A stretch of DNA of 64,000 nt from Eledone cirrhosa (taxonomy: Eukaryota): positions 356,128,001-356,192,000 of the forward strand of contig OZ024743.1 in NCBI GenBank assembly GCA_964016885.1, read 5' to 3'. A program made the translations under genes and the position numbers. Positions 1 to 13,030 of the stretch are shown here, piece by piece. Under the pieces are notes generated by a model that searched no databases, was not told the origin of the DNA, and saw only the letters and a list, made by a program, of their open reading frames with translations. Positions within the stretch are counted from its first letter, which is position 1; the number at the start of each line of letters is the position of its first letter.

Positions 1-120
1 GATGAAATGATCTGACTCATGTTATATCAGGAAATTGATTATCACAGCTCTCAATGCTCCGTTATATTTTTTCCTTCCGTTTTCCTAATGAATCCTGTAG
101 AATGGCAATATGTGTATGTG

Positions 121-181
<61 letters not shown>

Positions 182-386
182 AAGAAAGAATAAAATACCA
201 AATAACAGAAACAGAAACACAACAGCATTTGTCATACATGATGGTTCCGAGCAAACTTAGATGTAGTAAAAGGTTACTTAGCAATACAAACAGAAAAAAA
301 GTCAATTGAAAATAAACAAAACAACATATTTATTTAGATCTAGAGAGAGTGAGGGGGTATGTGTGTATGTGTGTGTCTGTGTGTGT

Positions 387-435
<49 letters not shown>

Positions 436-1544
436 CACTAAAACTTACATTCTAACTCAGCCTCAACTTTCAGTGTTATGCAATACAACTGCATTACATA
501 TAAATGTATCAATAATTTATTTTCATTGTTTCTTTCTTTCCCACATATATCTCAAGGTAGGTAAACCTCTTTCCACTCCACCCCACCCCAAAGATACAAA
601 AAGAAATGAGTTGGTTGTCCTCATATCACCCAATAAAAACCAACAGTTTTCTTTAGCGTCAGCCCCACAATATCTCTAAGGTGACACCAGCCTCCTGGGG
701 GTTTATTGTTGAGGTTTTTCTCCATGTTAACAAGGATTGGATGGTTCTGTTAATTTTTAGTTTAAACGTTGAGAATGGGCTAATGAATGAAGGTTGCAGA
801 TTACATGTGAATAGGCTAATGGCATGCTTTAACCATTTCACGGCTGCATTTTTAATGAAACATTTTATTTCAATAAATTAATGAACAATTTTATGGGGTT
901 TATTAAAACTATTAATTATTTCATTACTAAGATAGGAACTTAACAAATGTTTTTTATAGTATTTGGGGGGATTTTGATTTTAATAGGTGTGCCTTTGGTT
1001 CATGGAATCGGAGCTGGTTTTGGCCAAGCTGATATAAATAGGGTTAAACTAGTTTATGATTTAGTAGTCCCAAACCTTTTCATTGCCAAGGAGCCTGTTT
1101 ATTCAACAAGATTTCAGTTTGGAAACAACTATAAAAGATTCATTTTAAGTATTGTTTCTAACGTAGGAAATGGTGGTTATTATTATTTATGTTCTTACAA
1201 AAAATTATGATGGTAGGTTTTAGGATAAATACAAACTCTTCAAAATATAGTTTCATATCACAGAACCAGAGTAATTTTCAAGTGGTTTGGTATCAAACGA
1301 GTTAATAAACAAAGAAAACTACAGCATATTAAGTAAATATTCCATGTTCTTAGCAAATATTAGTGAATATGTTTCCTTGGTGGATGACAAGGAAGATTCA
1401 CTGAAACAGCTAGTCCACCTAGTGGAACTCATTCTTGTGAATGGTCATCTTCATCTCAATCAATGAGGGTAGAGAAGCAGTTCAAGAATTTAGGACACCA
1501 GATGTTTCCACCAGCATTTAGTTAAATCATAAACCTATTGGACA

Positions 1545-1810
1545 GCAATCTATAAAGCAGTTGGTGATGATAGGAAGAGCATCCAGCCATAGAAAACTCG
1601 CAAAACAAAGGATCAAAAGGACTCTTCAGTAATGTTAAAAGTCATGACAACCTACTTTGTTTATCATGACAACCTAGTATCACGATAAAACAGACTCAAT
1701 GTACTCCATAAAGTGCAGAAACGGAGGTAAATGAAAATGTAATGACTCTGTCTGTGACGACCAATCTAACCATTGCTAACAGGAGAAGCAAAGGTTAAAT
1801 GATGATGATT
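1545..1810 (+). mobile_element. Degenerate RTE-tail-family repeat
   Basis: gttggtgatgataggaagagcatccagccatagaaaac motif and GATGATGAT tail, as in the RTE 3' UTR. Confidence 0.6.
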
Positions 1811-2399
1811 ATAGCAGAAGTTAGTGTATTAGTTTGCAATTTTCAGCCTGTTCGCTAATAGAGCTGGTGTCTGATGCTGATTTCACTAGGTGGCCACCAA
1901 AGAAAGTAATGCTGCAAGTCACATCGCAATAGGATACTTGTCTCTTCATAAACAGACAATTTGGCTTATGAAAAGGCAATCCCTCTTTGAATAAGGGGCA
2001 AAATAACGTTTATTATTTCACAGCAAAACTTATAGACTATAATTGTACATTTTCTAATATGTTATGTTTGTGCATAAATATTTATTATTTACTATTCATA
2101 TACAGTCATCTACATTTTTTTATCTACTCTTATAAACAAGGAAAGGAAGCTTACACCCTGCAATGATGCAGTGATGTCAATAAAATACTTTTTGATTATT
2201 TAGATTTTAATAACCAACACACCCATATATAGAACCAAAGGAAAATATTTGAATTTGCAGAGAAATCAACACATGCAAGCATTTAAAGATTAATTGTATA
2301 AAATAAAAATTAAAAATTAAAAATTAAAATAATATGCTCACACACAAGGCAAAGAAATATTCAATATATTCATAAGTTTAATCAATTTTATATAAATGA

Positions 2400-2477
<78 letters not shown>

Positions 2478-2554
2478 TTCGTTTAACGTCCATTTTCCAC
2501 ACTAGCATGGGTTATACATATACAGACACAGAGAAAGAAAAGGGACCGTTAAAT

Positions 2555-2604
<50 letters not shown>

Positions 2605-3346
2605 GTACACACACCTACACACACACACACAATTTTTCACTGGTTTCCAGAAAAAACATTTTGATTTTTTTTTCCAAGTAGAAAATAAAAAAAAACAGAG
2701 AGAAAAATAAAATAAGCAGAAAAAAATTCTTCAACCAAGTACCAAGAATTAAAAATAAGTAAATAAAAAAATATATTAAGCTGGAAAAGAAGGAAAAAAT
2801 GACACAAATAACCATGAAAATGTCAAAGTTTACTGAAAGTTTTTTTGTTTTTTTTTCACTGCCATGTTTATCAAAAGCTTGACTGGTCCATAAAACAGAT
2901 TTGTTCTTAAACTTCTTGAGTGCTGCTTATATATATAGAGAGACATTGCTGTAGTAACACTGATGCTGCTTCTTTTACAGAAATGGTGTGGGTGGAGGAC
3001 AGAGAGAGAGAAAGACAGATGGAGGTGTGGCCAACAGACAAACAGACTGAAAGGCAAAGATGCCATAGAAAATTAACTAAGATAAATCTAAAAATTACAA
3101 CCGTAAAAATAAAAACATGGAATAAAAATAAAAATTTAAATATATAGTAATAAAATGAAAAAGAAAAGAAAAAAACAAACCAAAAACAAATGGAAAGAAA
3201 TTCCTGCCAAAATATTGAAGTTAGACATTGTTACATGTTAGAAGTCATGTGATGTGTTTTGTTTTGGTTTTTTGAGAATTTGAGAAAGAAAACATCACAG
3301 AACCACAGAAGCATGACATATGGCAAAGGGCACTTACAAATGGAAT

Positions 3347-3377
<31 letters not shown>

Positions 3378-4020
3378 GGGTGGCATTACATGTTAGGTAG
3401 AGAGAGAGAGATGAGGGGAGATGGTAATGAATATATTGGTGTTTCTTAATTGAAAGAGGTCACAATGCTGAGGTCAGGTGGAGTCTCTAGCAAAAGACTT
3501 TCTACAATAAAGGTCAAAATGTCACACCAGTGATTGGTAAAACTATCAGTGCTGGCCACTCAACCTTCAACTATGCATTTCTGTTTCAGCTCTTTCTGTT
3601 ATGATAATGGTTGTTGTTGTCATACTAATAACAATAATAAATCTTTGAAATATAAATTTATTATTTCCAGAGTCGGCAAGCAGTGGGTGATGGGCATATT
3701 TGATATTTTTTGTGGCATTGAAGATTTTCATGTTTCTTTTGGGGAAGGGGTTCCAGTCCCTACCTTTAGCCTTTTCTTTTATAGGTACTCTTTAAAAAAA
3801 ATCAAAATACATTTGATATATTTTAATATTTAGTATTATCATTTCAGGTAGATAAGATAAGTATTCAGGTAGATAAGATAAGTATTCAGGTATTTCAATT
3901 ATGCTTTGTTTTGGTTGAAGTTGTCATTTTGTATCTTTTCCATAAGTGGTTGACTATTCTACATTCTTCTTTTTTTTTATTTTTTTTATTGAGTGTCTGA
4001 AACTTGTGTGTATGTGTGAG

Positions 4021-4195
4021 TGAAGGCACATGGATTAGTGGTTAAGTCATTGGACTCCTGAAAGTAAAGTCAGTCATGAGTTCAATTCCCAGACTGGGCA
4101 GCATCCTTATTTCACAACACTTATTTCATTGTGCTCCAGTCTACTAAGCTAGAATAATTCAAAGGACCAGCTTTGTCACAAACTGTGTCACACAT
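4021..4195 (+). mobile_element. tRNA-derived SINE, Meta/MESC-like
   Basis: A-box-like tggattagtgg, B box gagttcaattcc, then acacttatttcattgtgctccagtc. Homologous to 62030-62170. Confidence 0.65.
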
Positions 4196-5408
4196 GAAAC
4201 CATATTAGCAAGACATTCATGAAAAATACAAAACAGCAATATGACTGCATCACATTAAAAATTAAAGTTTTTACTCTAATATGGCAAATTTTCACAATGA
4301 TCTGTCCACTAAGAATACTATAAACATTAGAATTAACAGACCGCATTTTTAGATAAGTATAAACATTTTAAAACAAACAATTTTGTACTGTAATTTCATG
4401 TGGTTTGGTATCAAAGTGTATGAATCACAAGAAGTAGAGAGATAGATAGACATATAGATAGCGAGAGATAGAGATGCCACAGATCGTCTTTGGGTGAAGA
4501 AATATTGTTGCTGCCAAAATTCACAAAGAACAAAAATCCAAGCATATTATAGTGTAAGGAATAAAGAAGAGGGAGAATGAGGGCAGTAGAAAACAATTAA
4601 TTAGAAATAGATTTTCAAACAGAGATTGTGGCTATTTTGTGTTTTTTTTAGGTAATAATGATTAGCACTACTTCTTAACCTCTTTGAATGCCTGGGCTGG
4701 GATTAGACATTATTCTGGCATTTTTTAGAAAGTTGTTAAAATTAAAGCAGGTGGAGAAGTTCATGTATTTTGGGGCTGTTTTCATGAGCGATGGTAGGTA
4801 GGAGGTTAAATTAAATGCAAGAATTGCAGGAGCTGGTGCAACAATGCACCAGCTTCAGACAAGGGTGGGTATGTGTAAAAGCCAAACTTGCTATCTTAAT
4901 TTCAGTATTTCAGCCAACGGCAAAGAAGGAGGAGGAAGAAGAAGGAAGGAAAGAAAAAAGATATTCTGAACAAATTTGCTATATTTATATTGTCTGGACT
5001 TGTCGTTCACAAATTAAACTATACCAGAATGTTTTGGACACACACAGGGTGGGAGGTAAAAGACACACCAGTATACTTTGGGTACTAAAATATTTAATCC
5101 AACTAAAGACTAGACATGGCATACATATTTTGTTGATGGTGAAGGGTTTGTTGAAGGATAGATGGCAGCTACACTGAGCAGACAGTGCAAATTATAAGGC
5201 AGTTGTTAGAGCATTGGATATTTGTTTCTTGTCTCTGTATTTTGTGTTCAAATCCCGTTGAGGTCTACTTTTCAAACATAAGGTAAATGCTAACAAATCA
5301 TACTCGAATGTGTCACCTATAGTAGCTAATGCAATTACGTAGAAACTCTTTTGTAGGCATGTAAAAATAAGATTATTTATTCAGTTAAGTAGTATACCAG
5401 TGACTTAA

Positions 5409-5796
5409 CCCGTTAGCATTTACATTACTCAATATTCTATTCTAGTGCGGGTAAAATTCCCAAGATCCATGGACGAGTTCTCTCCAGCGGTCTCTGTCCC
5501 TCATTATCGCTGCCATGTCCTGCGTCTCCAACAGACCAGTGTCTGTCCTTAGGGCATCAACATACGTTAACCTTGGTCTTCCTCTTCCAGTGTGTCCATG
5601 TACTCGATATATACTATTATATGTTCATGGTAAAGGCATTACTTCACATAATTATCCTACATCAAATCTATGAAATTTTGATATTTATTTTGAGAACAAT
5701 ACCTTAATTTGAGTATGAGCAGCTGGTTATGGCCAGTTTGAACAGAAGGAGGTGAGAAAATTCTGGCCGGATATGGCCGGTTTAACTACTAAAGGG
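5409..5796 (-). mobile_element. piggyBac-type MITE interrupted by a LINE 3' fragment
   Basis: TTAA|CCCGTTAG...CTAAAGGG|TTAC ends; reverse-complement homologue of 6203-6421. Confidence 0.75.
5440..5605 (-). mobile_element. 3' terminal fragment of an RTE/RTEX-like LINE nested in the MITE
   Basis: Minus strand reads HGHTGRGRPRLTYVDALRTDTGLLETQDMAAIMRDRDRWRELV, a typical RTE-group C-terminus. Confidence 0.75.
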
Positions 5797-6202
5797 TTAC
5801 TTTTGATCAGAGAAAAACAGAAATGAAACACGAGTCCTATTGATATCCTTCACAAACAAAGACATTAGGAATATTGTTGGAGAGATAGAATGATGTATTT
5901 GGAATTGGGTAATAGGCTCAACATATCACTTGGTTGAATGGCCACTATTAAGTCGAAGGGTACTATTAATGGGATTCACTCTGTTGTAATTGTTCAGACA
6001 AAACCTTGCCCTCATTTCCACATCTGCCAACATTTCTCATATATTCAGCAAGTAGAGCAGTTCCTTACATTGCTATTTCTGCAATGGTGAGACACACTGC
6101 TTTTCCTGCTTTGAACATATTTTCTTCTAAATCCCCCACACCTATCAGATTTATCTCCTCATTTCATTCCTCATATGGTTCCAATCACCAAGATAACCTT
6201 AA

Positions 6203-6421
6203 CCCTTTAGCATTTAAACCGGCCATATATGGCCAGAATTCTCTCACCTCTTTCTGTTCAAACCGGCCATAACCGGCCCCTCATACTGACACTAAGTTAT
6301 TGTTCTCAAAATGAATAATATCAAAATCTCATAGATTTAATATTATGTAAAATAATTATGAGATAAAGCCTTTATTGCTAAAATACAATAGTAAATATAG
6401 AGTAATGTAAATACTAAAGGG
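6203..6421 (+). mobile_element. piggyBac-type MITE with TTAA target-site duplication
   Basis: TTAA(6199-6202)|CCCTTTAGCATTTA ... AAATACTAAAGGG|TTAA(6422-6425). Confidence 0.8.
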
Positions 6422-6764
6422 TTAACTATAACCCAAATCCTCACACACTAAACACTTTTCCCTACTTACACTCCTTGGTGTTGTGACCCTTTGGAAATTT
6501 CCCTGTTTGCCAGTGTTTTTCCTGTAGATGAAGCCAACCAATGACAACCAAGTGTCGATGTTAAATAGGCTAAGTATTTGATGAGATTGATGTAAATCCA
6601 AGGAAAGGAAGAGCAGAGAAAGTAACCCCAATGTACACAACTCAATGGAAGCCTCACCTCCTCAGCCAGCACCTTCCTATTCCATTACATAATTGGAATA
6701 AATATTTCTCATAGATTACATAAAAATATAAAAGGTTGCGTTTTATTATGCATTTTTGTTTAAT

Positions 6765-6796
<32 letters not shown>

Positions 6797-6915
6797 CATG
6801 GATTTTTTTTTTTTTTTTTTACTCATTTGGCAAGTTATTTTGTAACTAAATATACAGAATAGTCATCTTGAACATGTCATATGGTTGGTGTGATTAAGCT
6901 TTGGGCTTTATGAAT

Positions 6916-6947
<32 letters not shown>

Positions 6948-7055
6948 GATGATATATATCATACATACACATCCTTGCTAGCAGGGAAAATGGATAGATG
7001 ATGATGACACACAGACACATACGCAAACTCAGCAACACAAGCACACACACACACA

Positions 7056-7133
<78 letters not shown>

Positions 7134-8255
7134 TTAATATCCGTTTTCCCTCCAAGTAAGAGATGAGTACAAATATATATATATATATATATATGTATAT
7201 GTACATATCATCATCATCATTTTATGTTGGTTTTCCATGCTGGTATGGGATGGAGAAGTTGTCATGGTCCAAGGCAAACTGGTTTGGCATTACCTCACTA
7301 AGTATATTAATATACACACAAGTGTGTGTGACATATATATATATATATACATGTACATACAAATACACTTATGTATACAAATATATATACACTTACACTT
7401 ATACTGGCAGAGCATATAACCTCTCTAGAGTTTGTACCTCAATAAAATGTACTTAATCTACCTTGTGAAGTAGCAGTGCTTATGAAGTGAACTCTGTAAG
7501 GTATGTGGCAATAGGAAGGACATTCAATCACAGGAATTATGGCAAATATGAAACAAATGAGCAAGATATTACAACAACCCATCTGGTCTTGGCCCATAAC
7601 AATTTGTCCAACCCATGCGAGCATGGAAAGCAGGCATAAATGATGATGATGATGACGATGATGCAATCAAAACCAGACAAAATTGAATGGATCCCACAAT
7701 GTATCTGATAACGGCTGGGTGATCCAAGCAGATTCTAGACAAATCTGACAGTCAAAATAAATATAAATACCTTTTTTTTTTGTTGGGTAAGTCTAACAAT
7801 CTAGTTTCCTCCCATGTTTCGTGAGAATCACAGACAATTTGGCAGCCACTTAATCCCTAGTATGTTTAACGTATTCCAATATCACACTGAATGTCTTCCG
7901 ACACTGCACTTGCAGCTCATGATTAATAATATTACACATTTATATATGCATTGGACCTGAAAGGAAAAGGATATTGTGCAAAATATTAGCTATTTACTAA
8001 ATTACATAAGGAAGCATTTTTATAACAATCTGGAACTCATTTACTGCTTTATATTTTACTCTTTTGATATCAAAGACAAAATACGCTGCCTCATATGGGA
8101 ATTGAATTCACAGCCTTACAATTCTAAGCACAGCACCCTTACCACTACGCCATGCACACACATACAGAAACACATGTATGTACATGCATATAAATACCCC
8201 AAAACACATACATGCATAAACACACACATACATGCATACACATATATATATATAT

Positions 8256-8408
8256 CATCATCACTTTACGTCCACTTTTCCCTGCTTGCAAGGGTGGGAC
8301 GAGAACTGATTCTGGCTTGATTTCTACAGCTGGATGCCCTTCCTAACACCAACCTCATTTACAGTGAGTGCTGGGTGGTTTTTTGCCGTGGCACCTCCAC
8401 GACCACTG
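8256..8408 (-). mobile_element. Inverted copy of the RTE 3' UTR / RTE-tail repeat
   Basis: Reverse complement is near-identical to parts of 11180-11328 (gcacccagcactcactgtaaatgaggttggtgttaggaagggcatccagctgtagaaatcaagccag) and carries a short (CAT)n tail. Confidence 0.85.
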
Positions 8409-8434
8409 CAGTGGAATGATAGGGACCCCAGTCC

Positions 8435-8582
8435 CTATCATCTCATTCCTACAGCTGAGTAAACTGGAGCAATGTGAAATAAAGTGTCTTGCTCAAGGAA
8501 ACAACACATCACCCGGTCTGAGAATTGAACTCACAACCTTTCGATTGCAAGGTCAATGCTCTAACCACTAAGCCATGTGCCT

Positions 8583-8585
<3 letters not shown>
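8435..8585 (-). mobile_element. tRNA-derived SINE, Meta/MESC-like (partial)
   Basis: Minus strand: ggcacatggcttagtgg (A box), gtgagttcaattctc (B box), cttgagcaagacactttatttcacattgctccag. Confidence 0.75.
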
Positions 8586-8642
<57 letters not shown>

Positions 8643-8644
<2 letters not shown>

Positions 8645-11143
8645 CATGTCGATATGTAACACAAACTTTAAAAAACCCGACAACCACCTGATCACCTATA
8701 GATCAGGGGAGCACTCTAGTCAGTTAGATTTTATCCTCATCAGAGGACGTGACAGATGGACGGTCGTAAACACAAAAGCCTTCCCTAGTGAGGAATGTAC
8801 ATCCCAACATAGCTTAGTTGTCAGCGACCTCACGGTCAGAACTAGACGAGCCCTGAAACAGAGGCCAACCTGGAGAAGAAAGATCTGGAAGCTGAAAGTC
8901 CCCTCAACCAGTAACAGATTTAAAGATATTTTACTCAACGCCTACGACAGTAAAGAAGAACAGATAGAGACATTTAACGTAGAAGAGAACTGGGAGTTCC
9001 TAAAAAATAACTTACTAGAGGCGACGGATGAGGTTTGTGGCTGGAGTAAGACCTCAAGCAGGAGGAGAGTGACTTGGTGGTGGAACAATAAGGTAGATGA
9101 AGCAGTCAAGGCCAAGAGACAGGCATGGAAAGAATGGAAGAACGGGGGGAGCAGGGTACATTACATAGAGACCAAGAGGGAAGCTAGGCGACAAGTATAC
9201 TTAGCTAGGAGGGAAGCAGAGGATAGAAAATTCAAGCATGTTTTACAACGTGAGGACCAGAAACAGGAGGTATTCAAGATTGCGAGGCAGTGTGTGTCAG
9301 AGATAGTTGTGATGTCATTGGAGAGAAGTGTATCCGGAATGATAAAGGTGAGCTTGCCCTCACAAGTGCTGAGAAGAAAGATGCATGGAAGAGTCATTAT
9401 GATAGATTACTAAATGAGGAGAATGCATGGGAAGAAGAGACCCTACCCCACGTAGACCCTATAGAGGGACCAGCAGTACAAGTCAGCGGCAGCGTAGTAA
9501 GTAAGGCAATCAGAGATATGAAGATAGGGAAGGCAACCGGTCCATCGGGTATAGCTGCCGAGATGCTGAAGGCATCTGGGTCTGTAGGTCACACTATAAC
9601 CACACGTATCGTTAACCAGGTAATACTAGAGGGGGCCATACCAAAAGATTGGTGCAGTAGCATCATTGTCAACTGCTACAAAGGTAAAGGCGATGCACTA
9701 GATAGAGGAAACTATAGAGGTATAAAGTTGATGGACCAGGTCATGAAAGTAACAGAAAGAGTTATAGCACAGCTGATTAGGGACCGGGTGAATATAGACG
9801 AGATGCAATTTGGGTTTGTTCCAGGGAAAGGCACCACTGATGCGCTCTTCCTTGTGAGGCAATTACAGGAAAAGTACCTAGCTAAAAGTAAGCCACTCTA
9901 CTTGGCATTTGTCGACCTTGAGAAAGCCTTTGACAGAGTTCCACGTGCAGTAATCTGGTGGGCTCTTAGAAAACTAGGAGTAGATGAATGGCTTGTGAAA
10001 GCGGTACAAGCCATGTATAGGGGAGCAGTCAGCAAAGTTAGGATTGGCAATGAGTATAGCGAGGAATTTAGCGTACAGGTTGGGGTCCACCAGGGCTCTG
10101 TTCTTAGCCCTCTCCTGTTCATCATAGTCCTGCAGGCAATAACGGAGGAGTTTAAGACCGGATGCCCATGGGAACTCCTGTATGCTGATGACCTCGCACT
10201 CATAGCTGAATCTATGGTAGAACTAGAGAATAAATTCCAAACCTGGAAGCAGGGACTAGAGAGAAAGGGCCTCAAAGTCAACATGACAAAGACTAAGGTC
10301 CTTATAAGTAGACGAGAAAACAGAACCCAGATCCCCTCAGGGAAATCGCCTTGCTCAGTATGTAGGAAAGGTGTAGGTAGGAACTCCATTCTTTGCCCCA
10401 AATGCAAACAATGGGTACACAAGAGATGTAGCGGGATCTCAGGAAGCTTAATTAAGAATGTAGGATTCACATGCAGCAGCTGTGCTGAAACAGCAAGCAA
10501 ACAGCCACAGGAAACAAGTACCACCAATCTCTGGGAGGGCCCTGTAGAAACAGTAGACAGCTTCTGCTACCTAGGTGACCGAATTAGCAACGGAGGTGGG
10601 TGCTCAGAAAGTACAATAACTAGGGTAAGAACGGGATGGAAGAAGTTTAGGGAACTACTACCACTGCTAGCTGCAAAAGGCTTCTCCCTCAGAATGAAAG
10701 GCAGACTGTATGATGCGTGTATCCGAACAGCGATGTTGCATGGTAGTGAGACCTGGGCGCTGAAGGTGGAAGACTTACGTAGATTAGAGAGAAACGAAGC
10801 CTGCATGCTCCGATGGATGTGTAACAGTAATATACGTGAACGACAAAGCATAAATGAATTGAGAGAGAGACTGAGCATAAGAGGAATCAAATGCTGCGTG
10901 CAGGAGAGGCGGTTACGCTGGTATGGACATGTGATGCGTATGAAGGATGACAGCTGCATAAAAAGGTGCAGAGCACTAGAAGTTGATGGAAACCGCGGAG
11001 TGGGGAGACCCAAGATGACTTGGGATGAGATGATAAAAGCCGACCTTACCCAACTACACCTCTCAAAGTCAATGACACACGACCGTGACTTCTGGCGTCA
11101 CGCAGTAATACAGGGTACCCGACCTCCCATGGGTACATGCTGA
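8643..11143 (+). pseudogene. RTE ORF (partial APE + RT with PHD-like finger), broken by one frameshift near 9291-9296
   Basis: ORFs 8577..9413 and 9290..11143 join into one protein if one TG is removed from TGTGTG (IARQ-CVRDSCDV). No in-frame stop afterwards. Confidence 0.9.
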
Positions 11144-11444
11144 AGCATATAAACAATATGCCCCCCCCCCCACCGCAAGGTGGTCGTGGAGGTGCCACGG
11201 CAAAAAAGCACCCAGCCCACACTGTAAAGTGGACGTGTAGGCGCCACGAAAAAGCACCCAGCACTCACTGTAAATGAGGTTGGTGTTAGGAAGGGCATCC
11301 AGCTGTAGAAATCAAGCCAGATCAGTTCCTGTATGAGCAAGGCATGGTCAGCCGACCAGACACTGCCCACAACAGGACAACCCGTCTAACCCATGCTAGC
11401 GTGGAAGAACGGACGTAAAACGGTGATGATGATGATGATGATGA
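8643..11444 (+). mobile_element. RTE-clade non-LTR retrotransposon, 5'-truncated within the APE endonuclease, with 3' UTR and (GAT)n tail
   Basis: APE C-terminal motif (ITYRSGEHSSQLDFILIR), RT motifs (NYRGIKL, QFGF, FVDLEKAFDRV, GVHQGSVLSP, YADD at 10181-10192, FCYLG), RTE C-terminus (RRLRWYGHVMR, GRPKMTW). 3' UTR ends in GAT repeats near 11423-11444; 5' end abuts a (TA)n tract. Confidence 0.95.
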
Positions 11445-11489
11445 TACATACATGCATAAACACACACATACATACATACATGCATACAC

Positions 11490-11520
<31 letters not shown>

Positions 11521-11866
11521 TGTACATGTACTATATATATATATATAGATATCTATACCTGTTTCCTGTACAAGAATGAATGTCTACATATCTATAAGGA
11601 GACACACACACGTTATGAAAGATAGGCAAGTAATGAGGATGAGAAGAAAAACAGGTAATGTATGTGATTACATATATACGTGTGTGTGTGTGTGTGTGTA
11701 TGCATACATGATTGCATGCGCAGACATACACATATTTTTTCAGAGCCAGCCAACCAACCAGCCAACAAGCCCATCATCAAATCACCACTCTCCTCAAAAC
11801 ATATCCCCAATAAAAGAGAAAATAAATGAGATAAAGAGACAGAAGGAAAGATAGATAGATAGATGG

Positions 11867-11903
<37 letters not shown>

Positions 11904-12183
11904 AGTATGTATGCAAGTATGCATGTATGTATATATATATATATAAGGTGATAGTGTGTACGAATCAGAGTGTCTGCTTGATCTTTTGATTGGCATGTTT
12001 GCTGTAGAAGCCCAGATAAAAGAAGCCCCATACCTGCTAGCAACTGTTCCATTGTAGCATTTGAGGAATGCACTAAGGGCTGATGTGTCTGTAATTCTGT
12101 GCATATCTGTGAATGAGTGTCTGTTTATGTGAACATGTGCATGTGTGTGTACATACATGTATGTGTATGTCTGTGCCTGTATG

Positions 12184-12226
<43 letters not shown>

Positions 12227-12659
12227 AATGTCCTTGCCAACACCCCATGTGAGACTTGAATGTTGTATGTGCATGTGTGTGCAGTTGAGAGAGAGAGAGA
12301 GAGAGCGAGAGAAAAGTCCTTGTCAATACACCATGTGTGACTTGAGCGATGTGTGTGTGTATGCACAAGTGCGTCCTTATGTATGTTCCTACATATATGT
12401 GTAAGTGTGTATATGTTTATGTGTCCTTGCCCGGACTCCATAAGTAAGTTGAGTGATTTGTGTGGTAGTGGTGTGCAAGGGACTTGGGGGGCAGTGTAAA
12501 TGTAAGGAGAAGGTGAATATAGGGTGGAGTAGAATGCTGGAGAGCAGGTAGGAGGGTAGGTGGCCAGGCTCAATGACTCTACCCAATTTCAAATGGAATC
12601 TAACAATTTCTACATGCATGTAAACATACATGCATCCTTACTAGCAGAAAAAACAGACT

Positions 12660-13030
12660 CAGTCGCAGAAAGCTTGCCAAATAAAAGGTTGGGAGACCAA
12701 AGAAATTACAAAGCACCACCCACTCTCAATGTTGGTGACTGTCATGATAAGTACACCCAGTACACACTGTAAAGTAGTTGGTGATAAGCAAGGCATCCAG
12801 TCATAGAAAGTTTGCCAGACAAAGAGTTTGGAGGATTCTTCAGTTGTGTCAAAGATATGACAACCTCTCTTGTTCTGGTCACTCAGTAGAACATGAAATC
12901 ATACGTAAGCAAGATGCAGACCTCTGGCCTGTCGGGGAGGTCAGTAACCTTGTATCAGTTCTGTTTTGGTCTCCAAAGACTCATCCAAACTTATTAGCAG
13001 GGAAAGCAGACATTAAACAACAATGATGGT
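12660..13030 (+). mobile_element. Degenerate RTE-tail-family repeat
   Basis: cacccagtacacactgtaaagtagttggtg...ggcatccagtcatagaaa motif and a decayed GAT tail. Confidence 0.6.

Noticed and set aside
947-1210. 87-aa hydrophobic ORF
   Set aside because: No recognisable motif or splice context; expected by chance in T-rich DNA.
9898-11013. Antisense ORFs of 209 and 148 aa
   Set aside because: Shadows of the RTE ORF.
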